Part shown: positions 40,100 to 53,309 of the stretch, piece by piece
Layout of the letters: every line of letters begins with the position of its first letter
How positions within the stretch are numbered: the first letter of the stretch is position 1
Assembly: GCA_011109175.1 (NCBI GenBank)
Contig: RDEW01000011.1
Coordinates: forward strand, 1,364,240-1,428,239
Direction of reading: 5' to 3'
Length of the DNA: 64,000 bases
Origin: Dicyema japonicum
Lineage: Eukaryota > Animalia > Dicyemida
Made by a program: the position numbers and the translations under genes
The notes under the pieces: model-generated
Database searches by the model: none
Seen by the model: the letters and a program-made list of their open reading frames with translations, nothing else
Told to the model about the DNA's origin: nothing

Positions 40100-40850
40100 T
40101 GTAATACCAAATAGAGTAAACCTCTCTAATCAGCAATTTTTTGAACCGGCCAAACACCTCAATCAGGTGCGTGATTGACTATTCCTGAATTTGCTGTCTG
40201 TGTCTGCATCCATGTCTCAGTTCACCCTATTTACTATGGACAGGAGATTTAAAGGTAAACTTAAGATATTTATCGTAAACATTCACATTCCTAATACGCG
40301 AATCCAGAAGATCTTTGGAGTGACATTCGACTCTTATGACGTTCTCCAGTCACACGGAGGAAGTATTAACCAAGGGTCTTCGAAAATGGAATGTCCTAAA
40401 AGCTATCATAAAAAAGAGTCCCTTCCCACCTACTCCTTGTATTAGCAAACTATATCTTCAAGTTATTGTGTCGACGATTAAATATGGCTGTTCTGCTTGG
40501 AGATCCACTATTCCTTATGAACTTTCTCAGGCGAAAGATTATACGACATATTTAATAGACAGCTATCCATCCATAGTCTTTTTCAGATATGGCGACGTTG
40601 AGAAATGGCAAGGCTTCCTACGTATCTGCAAGGAGCTAGGAAACTCATTCAGAAAAAGGGCGGTCCATGCGGAAAAATTCACATCGGCAATAAAAAAAGT
40701 TCACTCCGATAGAATTCCTCTGCACGTAAGAGAAGACACTTTAGGATTGCTGGCAGAGCATTCGAAGAGAATTCGAGAAATGCTGGAGGCTGGGATCACT
40801 TACTTAGTGAGTTAACACTTTTTTGGTGGTCTTGGGGTTTATAAATAAAT
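40100..40850 (+). mobile_element. 5'-truncated LINE 3' end
   Basis: KIFGVTFDS, LYLQVIVSTIKYGCSAW; 3' motif GCTGGGATCACTT; A/T tail. Confidence 0.75.
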
Positions 40851-42750
40851 TAGAAAGGTGCAGGATGTCCGCTCTATCGGCCAGTTCTCTGTCTAGTACG
40901 TACTTGTGGAGGTCACTGTTAAACATCACTTAGTTCTTGTTTTTAACAGCAATCTTGGATCAATAAATAAGTTAAACATCCATCTATTATCCACATGTTT
41001 AACCTTTGGAAATCATTTACTCCACATAGGAATTAACTGCCAACTGATCTTTATTCCCGCTCTCCTCATGCAAATTAGTCATTTTTTCTATATCCGCATT
41101 TAATGTATTCTCATAATGTTAAATTAAAATCGATTTCTAAGTAATTTATGTATTTTGTGGACCTTAACGCTGTTATTTATTATTTATTTCCCCCGGACCC
41201 TTCAAGTAAAGAAACCGGTGGCTAACAAAAACGTTACAGCCAAGATCGGACGCAGCCAGAACTCTGTTATTCCAGCCTATTGGTTAAATGATAGTAATTG
41301 AAATAAGGCTTTACGTTAATTGTGGGCATAACCTTATTTGGTATTCTTGGATCTTTCCTCTTCCAGCCTCTTGGATAAAATAACAAATTCAGAAAACCAT
41401 GGGATGAATTCTCTGATAAAAGAAACATGGATGTCGTTATAGATTGGATCTTAATAATAATAGCTATTGAATGGTTCAGACATCAAACCATTTTAGACAC
41501 CATTTTTAGTCCAAAATATAATCTCTCTTCAAGGCCTTTACTGAACCTATTTTAAAGAATAATTTGGACTCCACGATTACCTCCGACCCTTCGTAGCATA
41601 TCTACTAAGTGCCACGTGCTATATGAATTTGTCTGCATGACCAAATACTTATCGCTAAAGCGACTAAGATGGTGATAAAACTCTCAAAGAACGTCTACGA
41701 ATCACAATTGGGCGACTCAATTCCAGACCCATGTTGAAGGAGAAAGTTTATATCAGGAAAGTTTGACTATAATTTTTTTGGCGTATATTATGTGATTAGT
41801 TCAACCACTAAGAATTCTAAAATAGTTGTTGTTAATCTGCCGTTTTAATTTGATGGTCAATGGTAAGCTTGCAAGTTGGTGACCACGGTATTACTTTCCA
41901 TCGCCATGAAGTCATCTCCCTTGTAATTAAAAAGTGGGTTTAATATTGAAAACCAGGATTAATTTTATATAGCATTCTATCTTCTATATCACTTAAATAC
42001 CTGGGAGTTCGATTCCAACACCGCTACCCACCGTTCTAACTCTGCCTTCTTTTTCAAAACCTGTCAGTTAGTCCACCGTCTCAGGAGACGCCAAATTCCT
42101 AGAAGGGATCATAAAAGAATCTATCTCTTCCCTACTCCACTGGAAGGGTTCCCACAATGGGGATATGGGTGGACAGATGCTTGGACAGGATGTGTCTCTC
42201 TCCAATCGTGATAACTTTATTCTGGTCGATTGCGGGGGAGAATTGAGCTCTGGATAGAATTTTGATGAATTTGAATTTCGATTACGAAAATGTTCAATCG
42301 TGCAAATTTTAATGAACCACAAAGCTGGAATGTGGTTTGAATGTCGGTGATGTTGCCTAGGAACTTTGAAATGCATGAAAAACTGAATTTTATAATTTTG
42401 TTGCAAGGTTAAGAATTTCAACAAAAAAGCACATAAAGTCATCAAATTTCAGTTTTAAACAAAAATAAAATTATTAATAACAAAATTGTATTTATATGAA
42501 TATAAAATTATATTTGTATTAATTGGAACTAATTAAATTTTTGCCAAAATTGTGCAGGGATTGAATCGAATCCGTTATAATATTGGCCTTGGAACATTTG
42601 ATTTGGCTGAATGTCCAGTGTTCTGGGGAGAGCTATGACTAAAAATGAGTGAATCGGACCAACCAGCTGAATTCAGAGAATTTTTAGTAAAAAAGTCATT
42701 ATCAGCGCTGAAAAGGTTATATTTGTTGATTTCTTGCGGATTGTAAGCTT

Positions 42751-44001
42751 TCAGGATATCCTGAGTCTCCAGGTCGGTCTTCGCCAATAGTTCAAGTTGT
42801 AGTGGGGATTGTTGAAGGAGTTGACTGGGAAATATCTCAACAGATTACCGTTTACGAACTGATTGAAGTATTCAGGAACCCCAGGATCCACAGTTGAGGA
42901 GGTCGCCTCCTCTAGGTAGCTGTATTGAGGATATATTTGTCTACGTTAGTCACAAATTTACTGAGTTGGAGTGTTCCGAGAAAATGTGTGCATTCCAAAT
43001 TGGTCGTTCATTTCGTAGTTTGGGAGGGAATATTGATTTTCCGAGACATCTTTATTCATCTTCCCCTCACGTCTCCACTTGGCTCTCCGATTAGAGAACC
43101 AGACCTAGGATTATGTGATCTAATAATACTTGAATCCTTGCTTCGGGGATCTGCAGTTTCTCGGCTATTCGCTCTCGAATACTGATGTCCGGGTAATGGG
43201 ACTTTTGAAACTCTGGGAGTTATTTTGGATGATACCCTCGTCCATGATTTTAAGCTGAATGGCGGAAAACGAGGTTCTGTTTCTCTGTGCCTTCTTTTTC
43301 GCAGAAACATTAGCCAAAGTCCTGTCTAAGTAGCTCGTGTGAGTATTATTTGTGGAGGAATCGTCAAAAATCTGCTGGTTGATCCCCCAATTGTAGTCAT
43401 TTGGCTGAGAGATTGAATTTAGGGAGTTATTAGCGAAAATGGACGATTGAGTAGAGTTTGAATCTTTAATTTTGCTGATACTAAAGTTCCTCAGTACTCT
43501 GTTAATGGAAGAGATCTATTTTTAGTAACAACGACAAACGCTGGGGACATTTTCTGAGTTGCAAACTCTCTCATTGACTAAGCGGTCCCTGATTTCCCAT
43601 GCGAATATGGATGGACAGTCCCTCTTGTACCTTGCGATGTGTTGAATTACATGAACAGTTGCGACACGTGGTTTACTCCCACCAATCGTTCAAAACATCC
43701 CGTTTCGTGGTATCGACATAAAATCTTGGAGACACAGCCATTGGAAACTTGAAGAATCCTCGATATATCGCAGGCCCTGGCTCCACTATAAGCCAGCTTG
43801 ATTATCTCCTGTCTGGTCTTGTTGGGGAGAGGTCTACCATTCACAAAGTTCCCTCCCAACTGATTTGTCCCATGGTGGCTTTTTCGAACTCTCCGTTTGT
43901 CTAAATTAAATGCAAAACAAACTGTCTCTTCCATCCGACGCCGAATCCTGACTTTCCTCGATGACCTCGTTATGGGGGAAGACTTCGTTCTGTTCACCCA
44001 T
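42751..44001 (-). CDS. PAX6: Pax6 (paired domain plus S50 homeodomain); 7-nt gap in the paired box in this consensus; 3' end uncertain
   Basis: [62 protein letters not shown]|[10 protein letters not shown]; homeodomain QRNRTSF..|[16 protein letters not shown]|[13 protein letters not shown]; introns 43901-43922, 43516-43539, 43213-43235, 43105-43129, 42941-42961. Confidence 0.93.
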
Positions 44002-46678
44002 GCCTTAAATAGTAAAACGAAGCATATTAATCGGTGATCGTATTTATTGAGCAGGTAATAATTAACATAATCAGTTTTACAGTAAAGTGACTTACAGTGC
44101 TGTAGATCTTCCAATTGAATTAATTCAGTTATTTTATGTCAATTCGTTTAGTACGTTTTTCGCTCGATTTGGTGGCTAATCGACAGAAATTGTAATTCAC
44201 AGTTTTGAAGGGGAAATTTATTTTGAAGGAGATTTCTCTGTCAAAAGAAGTCACGATTCGCCCAAACCACTTCCTTGATTAAGCTGATATTTTAGACTCA
44301 TGTTGACTGTTTAATAACTATGACAGCTGAATTGCCAATTTAACGCACCGGGGAGCAAAATCTGATGACAGAATCATTCACATGCTTTTATTCCCTACGT
44401 CAATCAAAATTATTCTGTAACTATAGTTCACTAATCATCATATTTGACAGTCTACTGGACTAAGTTGGTCTTTCGTCAAATTATTTCCTCGGGCACTCTT
44501 TAGAATCCACCAATTATTCCGTCCACGTGACAAAATTGGTCTTCTGATATAGTTTTACCTAATTTTCAAACGAAATGGCAGTTCGACGACTAATTTGTCT
44601 GTCAGGGAAAAACAGGTCGGTTCTTAGTTGACATAATAACCGTTCAAGTTCAGTTTTTTCTTACAAATGTGACCTACGGAAGTGACTCAACCTTACCTGC
44701 TGAATTAGTCATTTGGGCTTCCTAATCTCCTTCAAATTCAGTATTTCAAATATACACGGAAATGAAACTTTGAGAAGGAGATGGAAGTTAAAACTTAGTC
44801 CGTTTCTTTATTCTCTCATGACGGATACAAACCATGGTTCGTTGAAACTGCGATTCAGAAGACATTGGATAACCAAAGTAGCCCAAATAGACGTGTTGAA
44901 TCCCATCTACTCCAAGTTGAAGAACCCTTAACAGAGATATGTCCCCTGAAATGTACCAAGGGAATTATTAGTTAAATTATTCTTGATGATTCTGTTCGCT
45001 AATCACTTTCACCCCTCTATTTGAGGCCGGACTCTTGAAATCACCAAGGTTTCTTTGGTTGGGGTGGTGACGTCGATGGACGATTCTAATAGGATTTTTA
45101 TTTAGCCTTAAATGTCAGAGGTCTAAATGACTGGTCGAAGAGGCATCTAATATGTCATGACCGGCCAAATACCGAGGTTCAGTCTAATACCTTCAAAAGA
45201 CAAATGTAAAAGAAGGCCTCGATGAATGTCATGGGAGTGCATAATTCTACTTCCTTCTGACAACAGACACTGTGGACGCGGCTTACCATTCTGACTATAC
45301 AGCAGATTCCAGGAATAATGACAGATTCGATCTAAAAGATTGATGTTCGTCGTCCCTTAGAATGATACCGATTCATTTCAGATTAAACCCAATTCATGGA
45401 TAAAATTCTCTTCCTCCGTGGATACTTGGTTAAAAGCTTCTCTTCCTTTCCCCCGTTTCTCTTTCATTCACTAAAGTGATGTAACGTGTCCCACATGTCT
45501 CAAGTGGCGTCCAGATGGCACAAAAGGATCGTATTTAATAGCACCCCCGATTGATGTTAAATTCCCATCTTCCTGGCCTTAATGACTTTTATGAGCCTGT
45601 CAGATAATTAATTTCACTTTCTCGAGTACTTGTCGTGTGATTGCTTTTTGAGTAAACACTCAGTATTTGACATTTCTGCGGTTTTATCAAGACTTTGTCT
45701 AAAACGGCTATCAGGGTTTTGAGTAAGCATAATGAGTTCTGGTAGACAGTCCTGTAAATTTATGTGGTCAAACGAAAAAATTAATCCTACTCACTTTTCC
45801 CATTTCCATGTCACTAACGATTTGGGGGACATTGGGGTTTTTGAGTATTCGTTCAAGGAAGACGTGACGGAATGTGTTTAGCTGCCTCGATGTTATGTAT
45901 TTTAAACAATGTAAAGCCACCAGAAGCTGCAAGTTAATATTTATGATGATATTCGCTTAACCACGTGGTTTGATTAAATCTATGAATAGGTGGTATCACC
46001 TCTACTTCCAGGATTTGTTTTCTGGTCCCCAAGTTAGAAGAAGTAGATCAATTCGAGGTGAGGTTTTTTGGTAATTCGATGTTAGGGACAAATAGGGTGA
46101 GCTTCAAGCTGGAAGAGGTCGAAATTTGGCTTGAGGAATAAATTTTGATATTCTGAAAGATCAGAACTTTGAATAGTAGGTAACTAAATGATTATATACT
46201 TTTGATGGAGGACAGCTTCCAAACCTTGATTTGACCACCAAATGACCTTAAATTTTCATCATCTTCTTACTCGAGACTTTCTTCCGAACTTCGATTTGAT
46301 GATTAATATCATCAACGCTTCACTCTAAAATAGAAATTCTAACAATCGGGGACACTAAGTTTACCAAAATGATGTGGACTCCAATGGAAGAGAGGGGACA
46401 GCGAAAAATTCACTTTTCCTCTCCAAACCTGAAAAGGGGTATCGTGGACACAGTAAAGACGGTCAGGTACACACAAACTTTGCGGTGAGACTGTTGGCAA
46501 TTACAAGGGTCTTTGTTGAAGATCCCTAAACAATTTGGCTCGATGTAGAGAGTGTCCAAGACCGTATCCCGGAGAAAAGGCTCGGACTTTATAGACACAT
46601 AAGCCGTAGGGACCACTTTACTTTGGAAGATTTAAGTTTTCGAAAACCGCCAAAAATAGAAAAGGGAAATTCAAATAT

Positions 46679-47092
46679 TCAGGAGAAATCATTAAACATT
46701 TTTTCAGCCGGGATTTGGTTATTGAGATCACTTCCAAGCTTAAGAAATGAAATGATTGCTGCCCGGTCCTCGTAGTTTAGTCCCTTAATTTTCTTCTTAC
46801 TCCCTGGAATGTAAGACTTAGGATCCTCCAAGTAGGGGTCCAGCGTGGCTTCACTCCAAATAATATCTGGCATTAAATTTAAAATAACCCTTTTCTTTGT
46901 GGGCTTCAGAAAATGCATAATTTTCGCAAGTCCCGGCCCTTCGACCGAAGATTCCGTTCAAGTTTGGTCCGTATTTATGGGGACCTTTAGCGTGGATGTT
47001 GTGACAGTGGGAACAATATTTGATAAACAAATCACGTCCACGTTTGTAATTATTCTATATTTACCCAATTTTATACAAACTAGATCGGACAT
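46679..47092 (-). CDS. Atypical mitochondrial-type cytochrome c (121 aa; Lys at the Met80 position; C-terminal extension)
   Basis: Exons 47081-47092, 46889-47054, 46679-46866 (introns 26 and 22 nt) give MSDLNNYKRGRDLFIKYCSHCHNIHAKGPHKYGPNLNGIFGRRAGTCENYAFSEAHKEKDIIWSEATLDPYLEDPKSYIPGSKKKIKGLNYEDRAAIISFLKLGSDLNNQIPAEKMFNDFS. Confidence 0.9.
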
Positions 47093-47185
47093 GTCAACTC
47101 AAAATCGATTAAATATTAAAATTATTATTTTATTAATTTTTATTTTAATATTTTATCAAAATGCATATATCGATGAAAAGGATTA

Positions 47186-47575
47186 CGTGATAGCATAGCG
47201 ATTAGTGTCGTCGCTCGAGTCGCGATTGGGTACGGGTTCGATTCCCACACAGATATCTACCTGGTTGAAGGATTTGTTATGCTCTGTGCCCCTGATCAAA
47301 TCCTAGGAGGCATGAGTTAATCCACTAGTCCCAGAAGACAACCAATGCCTGGTCGGTTGCCAGAAAGGATCTCTCTTCCCTACTGTTCCCACAACTGCTG
47401 ATATGGATGGACTTGTTGCTAAGAAAGGACGCGTCTTACCGGACCAAGGGAACTGAATATATCCTACATCACCAGAGCTGGATATAAAAGTGGTGGATAT
47501 CTGGGAACTTCCTATCTTAGGGGTGCGTTTTTAGTTTCCTACAATCTAGCGAGACTGGGGGTTAATAATTTATTA
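47186..47575 (+). mobile_element. tRNA-headed SINE with a LINE-derived 3' end
   Basis: A-box-like TAGCATAGCGA; B box GGTTCGATTCC; ACCTGGTTGAAGG; ends CCTACAATCTAGCGAGACTGGGGGTTAATAAT, like the LINE ends at ~54378-54405 and ~56555-56583. Confidence 0.6.
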
Positions 47576-47909
47576 TTAATGCAGTAGTATATACAGCATA
47601 GGTTACCTGGGATATTTTGAATTTTTGGAATTAGTGAGGATCGGATCTATTAAAAGAACACCTTTAGAAAATCTAAAAGATCTCAGTTCTTTCCAAAGTA
47701 CCTCTTAGTTGATTTTACTATACTGGAGGTCTTAGATGACCTTCAATCAGTAATTTTATTTAATTCGAAATTTAAGTTATGGCTGACATTTTCTTCTTCG
47801 TGGGAGACTTCCTTTTTGGACAAAAATGAGGTTTGACCCTTGCATCATGGTCCAATCCTTGCTTGTATTTAACTTATCTTACTATCCTCTTGAATCACAT
47901 GATGCTCTA

Positions 47910-48620
47910 GCACAACGGTTCTCAACCATTTGTATCCCCATTTTGAAACTTCATCTCCCGTGGGTTAATTTAACATGCATTTAACTCGTAGACAAAAATT
48001 CTATAATCCAATAATTATTGAATGTGGCTAATGTGATCATTCGAACAGAATATTCAACGTTTAAATCAGGATTAATTCGACTTGAGTCGAAAATCACCTC
48101 AAGCTTTCACTTTGAATAAGAGAGCTGACTCAGCAAGATACGAAGTGGAAATTAAATATTATAGATTGAGTTAATCGTCCAATTAATCCAAAACTTATTT
48201 GAAATTTAATTTCATAAAATTTATTATTTTTGAGGTTTATTAATTTATCTCTTTTGAACAATCAATGATTCGCCAATTGTATGGAAAAGCCTTTTTGTAG
48301 TAATTTCAGATATCCTCTATGAAGTTTCAAATCCTTCTAATGAAAAGCAACCAAAAGGCAAACAATTGTTTTCTACTGTATTTTTTGAGAATATTCCCGT
48401 TTATATATTTTCCTTTAATTTTTCAGTTTCATTTTTAGACGGATGCATGTTTTGAAATAATACAATATCCGTGATGACTTCATTTGACAAAGTAGTGCTG
48501 CTCATTAAACAATACGACTCTATTCTATCACTAAGACATTTATGATATTTGAAATTTTTTTCACGTTCATTAATATTTAGTGGTAGCCATCTAAAAATAT
48601 TATTTAAATTTTTCAATTAT
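47910..48620 (-). mobile_element. Internally deleted Buster-like hAT remnant
   Basis: End CAACGGTTCTCAACC; minus-strand HTIGESLI, TSYLAES and LSNE...HP motifs. Confidence 0.55.
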
Positions 48621-49956
48621 ATGTCGCTTATCGTGAGGATGAAAAAAGACAAAGAGAGCAGTTGGTTTATTGAGGGACTTTCTTGCAAATCGTAGGGAAT
48701 GCGTTTCGATCCTGAGAGCAGCCAAAGTTCATAGAGAAATATGTTTAGTAGTTTAACGATTTCAATTATATAGTAATTTCTAATTTCATCGATCAAAAAA
48801 AACATATCACCCAGTTGGGCCAATATCGGTGGTTGAGAAACAAACTGCTTTAGCTTTAAAAAGAATGATAAATAGAAAAAAGGGAAAAGCCTTCGAACAA
48901 GTAACGAATGGGAGAATTGAACCCAGGACCAGTGTTGCAGGCATGGCAATTTACATGGGTTTCAATTCTAAGTGAGAACACTCACATCACTGTGAGAATT
49001 CATCACATAAATCTGAGAAATTTTAACATCACTGCGAGAATCCATCATATCAATTTGAGAAATTTTCAAAAACAACCAAAACCATAATTTAAAAAAATTA
49101 ATGAATATAAAACAATTCACAATCAACACTTCCAATTGCTTTGAGACCTTCATCAATTTAAAATTAGTTAAAATTTTGTAAAAAGTTATTCCTATTTTAT
49201 TCATTGCGAAGCAAACACTGATGTTTTTTTATCTTAAAGATTTAACAAGTAGGAATTTTTTCTGCAAAATCTCTTCCACAGTTGTTTCGCATTGAAACGT
49301 TAAATCCAACCTAGTATAAATATGTTGGCTTGAACCATTGTTGTATATGTTAATGATAACTTGTCTACTTTCATTTGAAATATTCTCCGACATTAACAAA
49401 ATACTAAATTAGTGATAAAAAAATATTTAGAGCGACGTGGTCACTGCGAGTAAATATGATCAATTCTAGCCTAGATGTTAAAAATTCTCGGATTGAAGTG
49501 ACGTACTACCCACTTAGTCGTGAAAACCCTTTAACCGCTATAAAATTGAAATCATAATGTAGTGCCCACACATATTAACTAACGACCCTAAAGTGTCCCT
49601 AAGCTGATAATTTCGCTTAAAAGTTAAAAATAGCAAATTTTCTCTTTCTTGCGTATTTCTAAAGAAACTCCTCGGCGGTCCACATTCGATGGGATTGGTA
49701 TCGAGACAACTATAGTGGTAAGCAGGAGGTCTTTGTCCATCCTCAAAAGCCTGAACTTTCTCATCGCAATCATAACCCATGACATCCGTGAAACCCAGTG
49801 ACTCCCCCAATTGAGCATCAACCCATCAATTACATCGGCGAAAATAAATAGTCAGAACTTAATACATGTTTATTTAGATAACATGGTTTTCGAGACTTAG
49901 TGACCCTAATTTACAAATCACAAATAATTCACACTAAAATATATAATTACAATTTA

Positions 49957-51841
49957 TTAGTTCTTACGTTTCTTATTCTTTACACTCACTTCTATAAAAT
50001 TAAAATACACATTCACTGGAATTATAATTTGATGGGTTTAAATCCCCAGTTTTCTGTAATATCCCATCAATGACCGTTCTCAGAGCATTGAAGGTCGTAG
50101 AATATCTCAGAAGAGTGTCTTTCATAATAAAAGTCAACCAACCATTCGGAATGCCTATCAATTTGATGTTGGAGGATGACTTTCTGATCTCTTTAAATAT
50201 CTTCCTTTCCCTCTCACCAATCAGAGAAACAGCCCTTAGCCTTAAAACCCTGATAACCTCCCACTCTTTGATGCCCTAGCTGTCCTCCCAATACGGTGGA
50301 TGTACAGTTTCAAAGTTGACGGCATATTATAGTTAATGACCTTTTAATATAACATCAATTCCACAGTTTCAATGTTATCAACATCCAACCCACGTGCCGC
50401 CAAATCAGTGGCTAAAAGGACATTGAATCTTTCAAGTTTGAATAAACTAAGCATCTCACATCGCTGAGACTGAGTCAAATCCCCATGAAGTTCCCCCACT
50501 GATATTCCAAACAAACCCAAAACCACGTGCAACCATCTCACTGCCTTTTTGGTCCCAACAAAGACGATCACCCTTCTTTTAAACACATTTCTCAACAAAC
50601 CTAGAATAAACTACACAAAGCAACATGCAAGTACAGTCGGACGATCTTTCTCATGTCCCGGCCTAATCCTAACATACTCCTGACTCAAATTTCCAACAGA
50701 TTTGTCATTAACAACCACATTTACTGGGGACTTTTGTATAAGGTTGGAAAGTTCACGTGCTTGGTCGGTCATTGTAGCAGAGAGGAGCATAGTTTGTCTA
50801 TGGGAGGACAGAGAAGTCATTATAACTTTGATTTGCTCATAAAAGTGATCATCCAACAGTCTAAATAAGCAAATAACTGTACCTATCAGCCTCGTCTAGA
50901 ATTAGAACCTCTATGGTTCTCAAATCGACCTTCCTGTTGCTAATTAAATCTATTAGTCGTCCCGGAGTGGCAATGAGAATGTCTGGGCAGCTCACTGCAT
51001 CGTTCTGTTGGGGATCAATTGGAAGACCACCTAAAATAACCCACGTGAACCTACCAGTGACAACTGATATATTAATCGTCATATATTTGGCCAATTGGGA
51101 GGTAACGTGATTGACTTGAATGGCCAGTTCCCTTGTGGGCACTAAAATGAGGACACGAGTAATGTTGTCGTAGTTCTGTATAAACAGGAGTCTTTCCAAT
51201 GTGGGAAGAATATAGGCAGCGGTCTTTCCTATTATAATGAGGACTGAAAACCAGATCCAGTGGGTGCTCGTGCACAAAGATCCCTCCCAGAAAGGGCAAT
51301 CGGGATGACTTTGGACTGAATAGGAGTTGGAGCTGTGATGGACAAATCATTTAGGGACTTTATAACAAGAAGAAGATACTTTTAAAAGAGGTCTTGATAG
51401 ACTAGTCTCCTCAAAGGTGGTAAAGCTCTCGCATACATTCTTACAACCCTTGAATAACCAATAAACAAACAGGCAGGGAACCAGTCCTTACTGTCACGTG
51501 TAAATCACTGTTTTGGAACCCAACTAACTGAAGATTCTTAAATGAAATTATAAATCAACATTTTCCCGCTCATTTTTGATTATTGTATCGAGTTCCTGGA
51601 AGCACGTGCTTTCTTTGAGCTGAACGTCTTTTCTATCATTTTTTGGGAGGCAGTTTTCTTCCTTAAATCATAAAATGATGATTACATTGAAGTCAAATTT
51701 AAAATCAGGATTTATATCAGAATCATGATTACTTTCAGAATCCCCATCGATTTTGTATCTCTCACGCTCTTTTCGTGCATCTACTAGCGAGACTTTCTTC
51801 TTTTTTCCGTGTTTGGTTGATTTTTTTGAACCTTGTTTCAT
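49957..51841 (-). CDS. DDX27: DEAD-box RNA helicase DDX27/DRS1 (about 12 introns of 22-25 nt; one homopolymer frameshift)
   Basis: [101 protein letters not shown]. Confidence 0.9.
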
Positions 51842-52019
51842 ATAGTGAATCAAGTAGAAGTAAATTTATAACCCCACAAAAAAAACACGATGTTTAAATA
51901 TAAAATATATTTAAAAATAAATTATATTTAATATTAATATATTAAACAAATCAAAAACAAAAATAAAGGCTAATGTCACCATTTATTATTGAGAGCATTC
52001 GAAATTTTTTTTTAATTTT

Positions 52020-53265
52020 TTTCCGGTAGAAAATCTCAGGCCCATAATCCAATAACTTTACGGAAACTACTATCTCTGATTGTTCTGGAAAGAAGACGAA
52101 GATCCACGGTGGATTTCGTATGGACAAATAGATGGATGTGTGCCATGACGTAGAGATTCCAGAAGGCTGTTCACATACTGGGAATTGATCTATCCCGACC
52201 GTTTGATACTGTACGCAGAGGGAAACTAATGTTGTTACTTGGTACGTTGCTGGAGGAGGACAGTCAAAGGATGATCCGGGTCCTACTTGTGGACACTGAA
52301 ATACAAGTCTGGGTCGGTTCAGAACGATCCCGTAAATTTGAGACACATATTGGCACTCCTCAATAAGATTCTTTATCTCCACTACTATTCGCTATCCATC
52401 TGGAAGCCACCCTTCGTGATTTACGAGCCAAAACTGGGCCGACTTCGATCACAACTAATTTACGTGGATGACGTAGACTTTGTTTCGGAGGACATAAAGG
52501 CGATCAGGACTGTTCTAAATCTTGCTCCCTGAGCATTCGCGGAATGTTTCTGAAAATGAAATAACAAAAGACAAAGGTCACAAAAGAGACACTCAATTTA
52601 CAGATGAGAATTGGAGAAGAACAAAGAAAGTTGGCTCACTACTCGGTGATTGGGAAGATGTTCAGCGAAGGAAATTGTTATCGATTCATGCACTTAAAAG
52701 ACTAAAGTCCACATGGCTAAAAATACTAACACGTCTCAACATCCATAAAGGTGCGTCTATGCAATGCATTTATTCTGCCTATTTTGATGTACAAATCAGG
52801 AACGTGGGAATTGAATCAAACTTTTACTGAAAGCCTTAATGTTTTTCAAAAAAACGACTGAAATCCTATTGGACATACGCTATCCGAAGGTGATCAGCAA
52901 CCAGAACCTATACACCACCTGTAAATCCGACAGCTTGGGGACCACTGTAATGAAAACTCGATGGGGATTATTTGGGCATATTGAGGATGGATCCTCCTGC
53001 TCCCGCAAATGATATCATGGAACTATACTTCCTAAGTATTGGTTCATTTCGGTGTAGACCACGAACAACACTTCCTCTGACCTCAAATAGCGACCTAAAA
53101 GTGCAAAATGCAACTGGAAAATCTTGATAACTTAGACGATTTCCGAAAAATCGCAGTCTCAAGAGGAGCGTAGAGGCGTCTGACGGCAAAGATTATCCGG
53201 GGTGCGGCACAAGCGACGTCAATTGATTAACTATATTGTTGTTGCGAATGTGCATTATTATTATT
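52020..53265 (+). mobile_element. RTE-like retroelement 3' half with (TAT)n tail
   Basis: IHGGFR, ILGIDLSR.FDTV, YVDDVDF, KKVGSLLGD, RWGLFGHILRM, RPRTTLP. Confidence 0.8.
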
Positions 53266-53309
53266 CGAAAAAACTACAGTTTCAGTGTTATCAACATCCA
53301 ACCACGTGG

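Noticed and set aside
41500-42445. ORF 42068-42445 downstream of an AT-rich tract, and other gene-like stretches (6100-7600, 24120-24750, 49538-49810, 55268-55564)
   Set aside because: No recognisable family and no consistent spliced frame could be built
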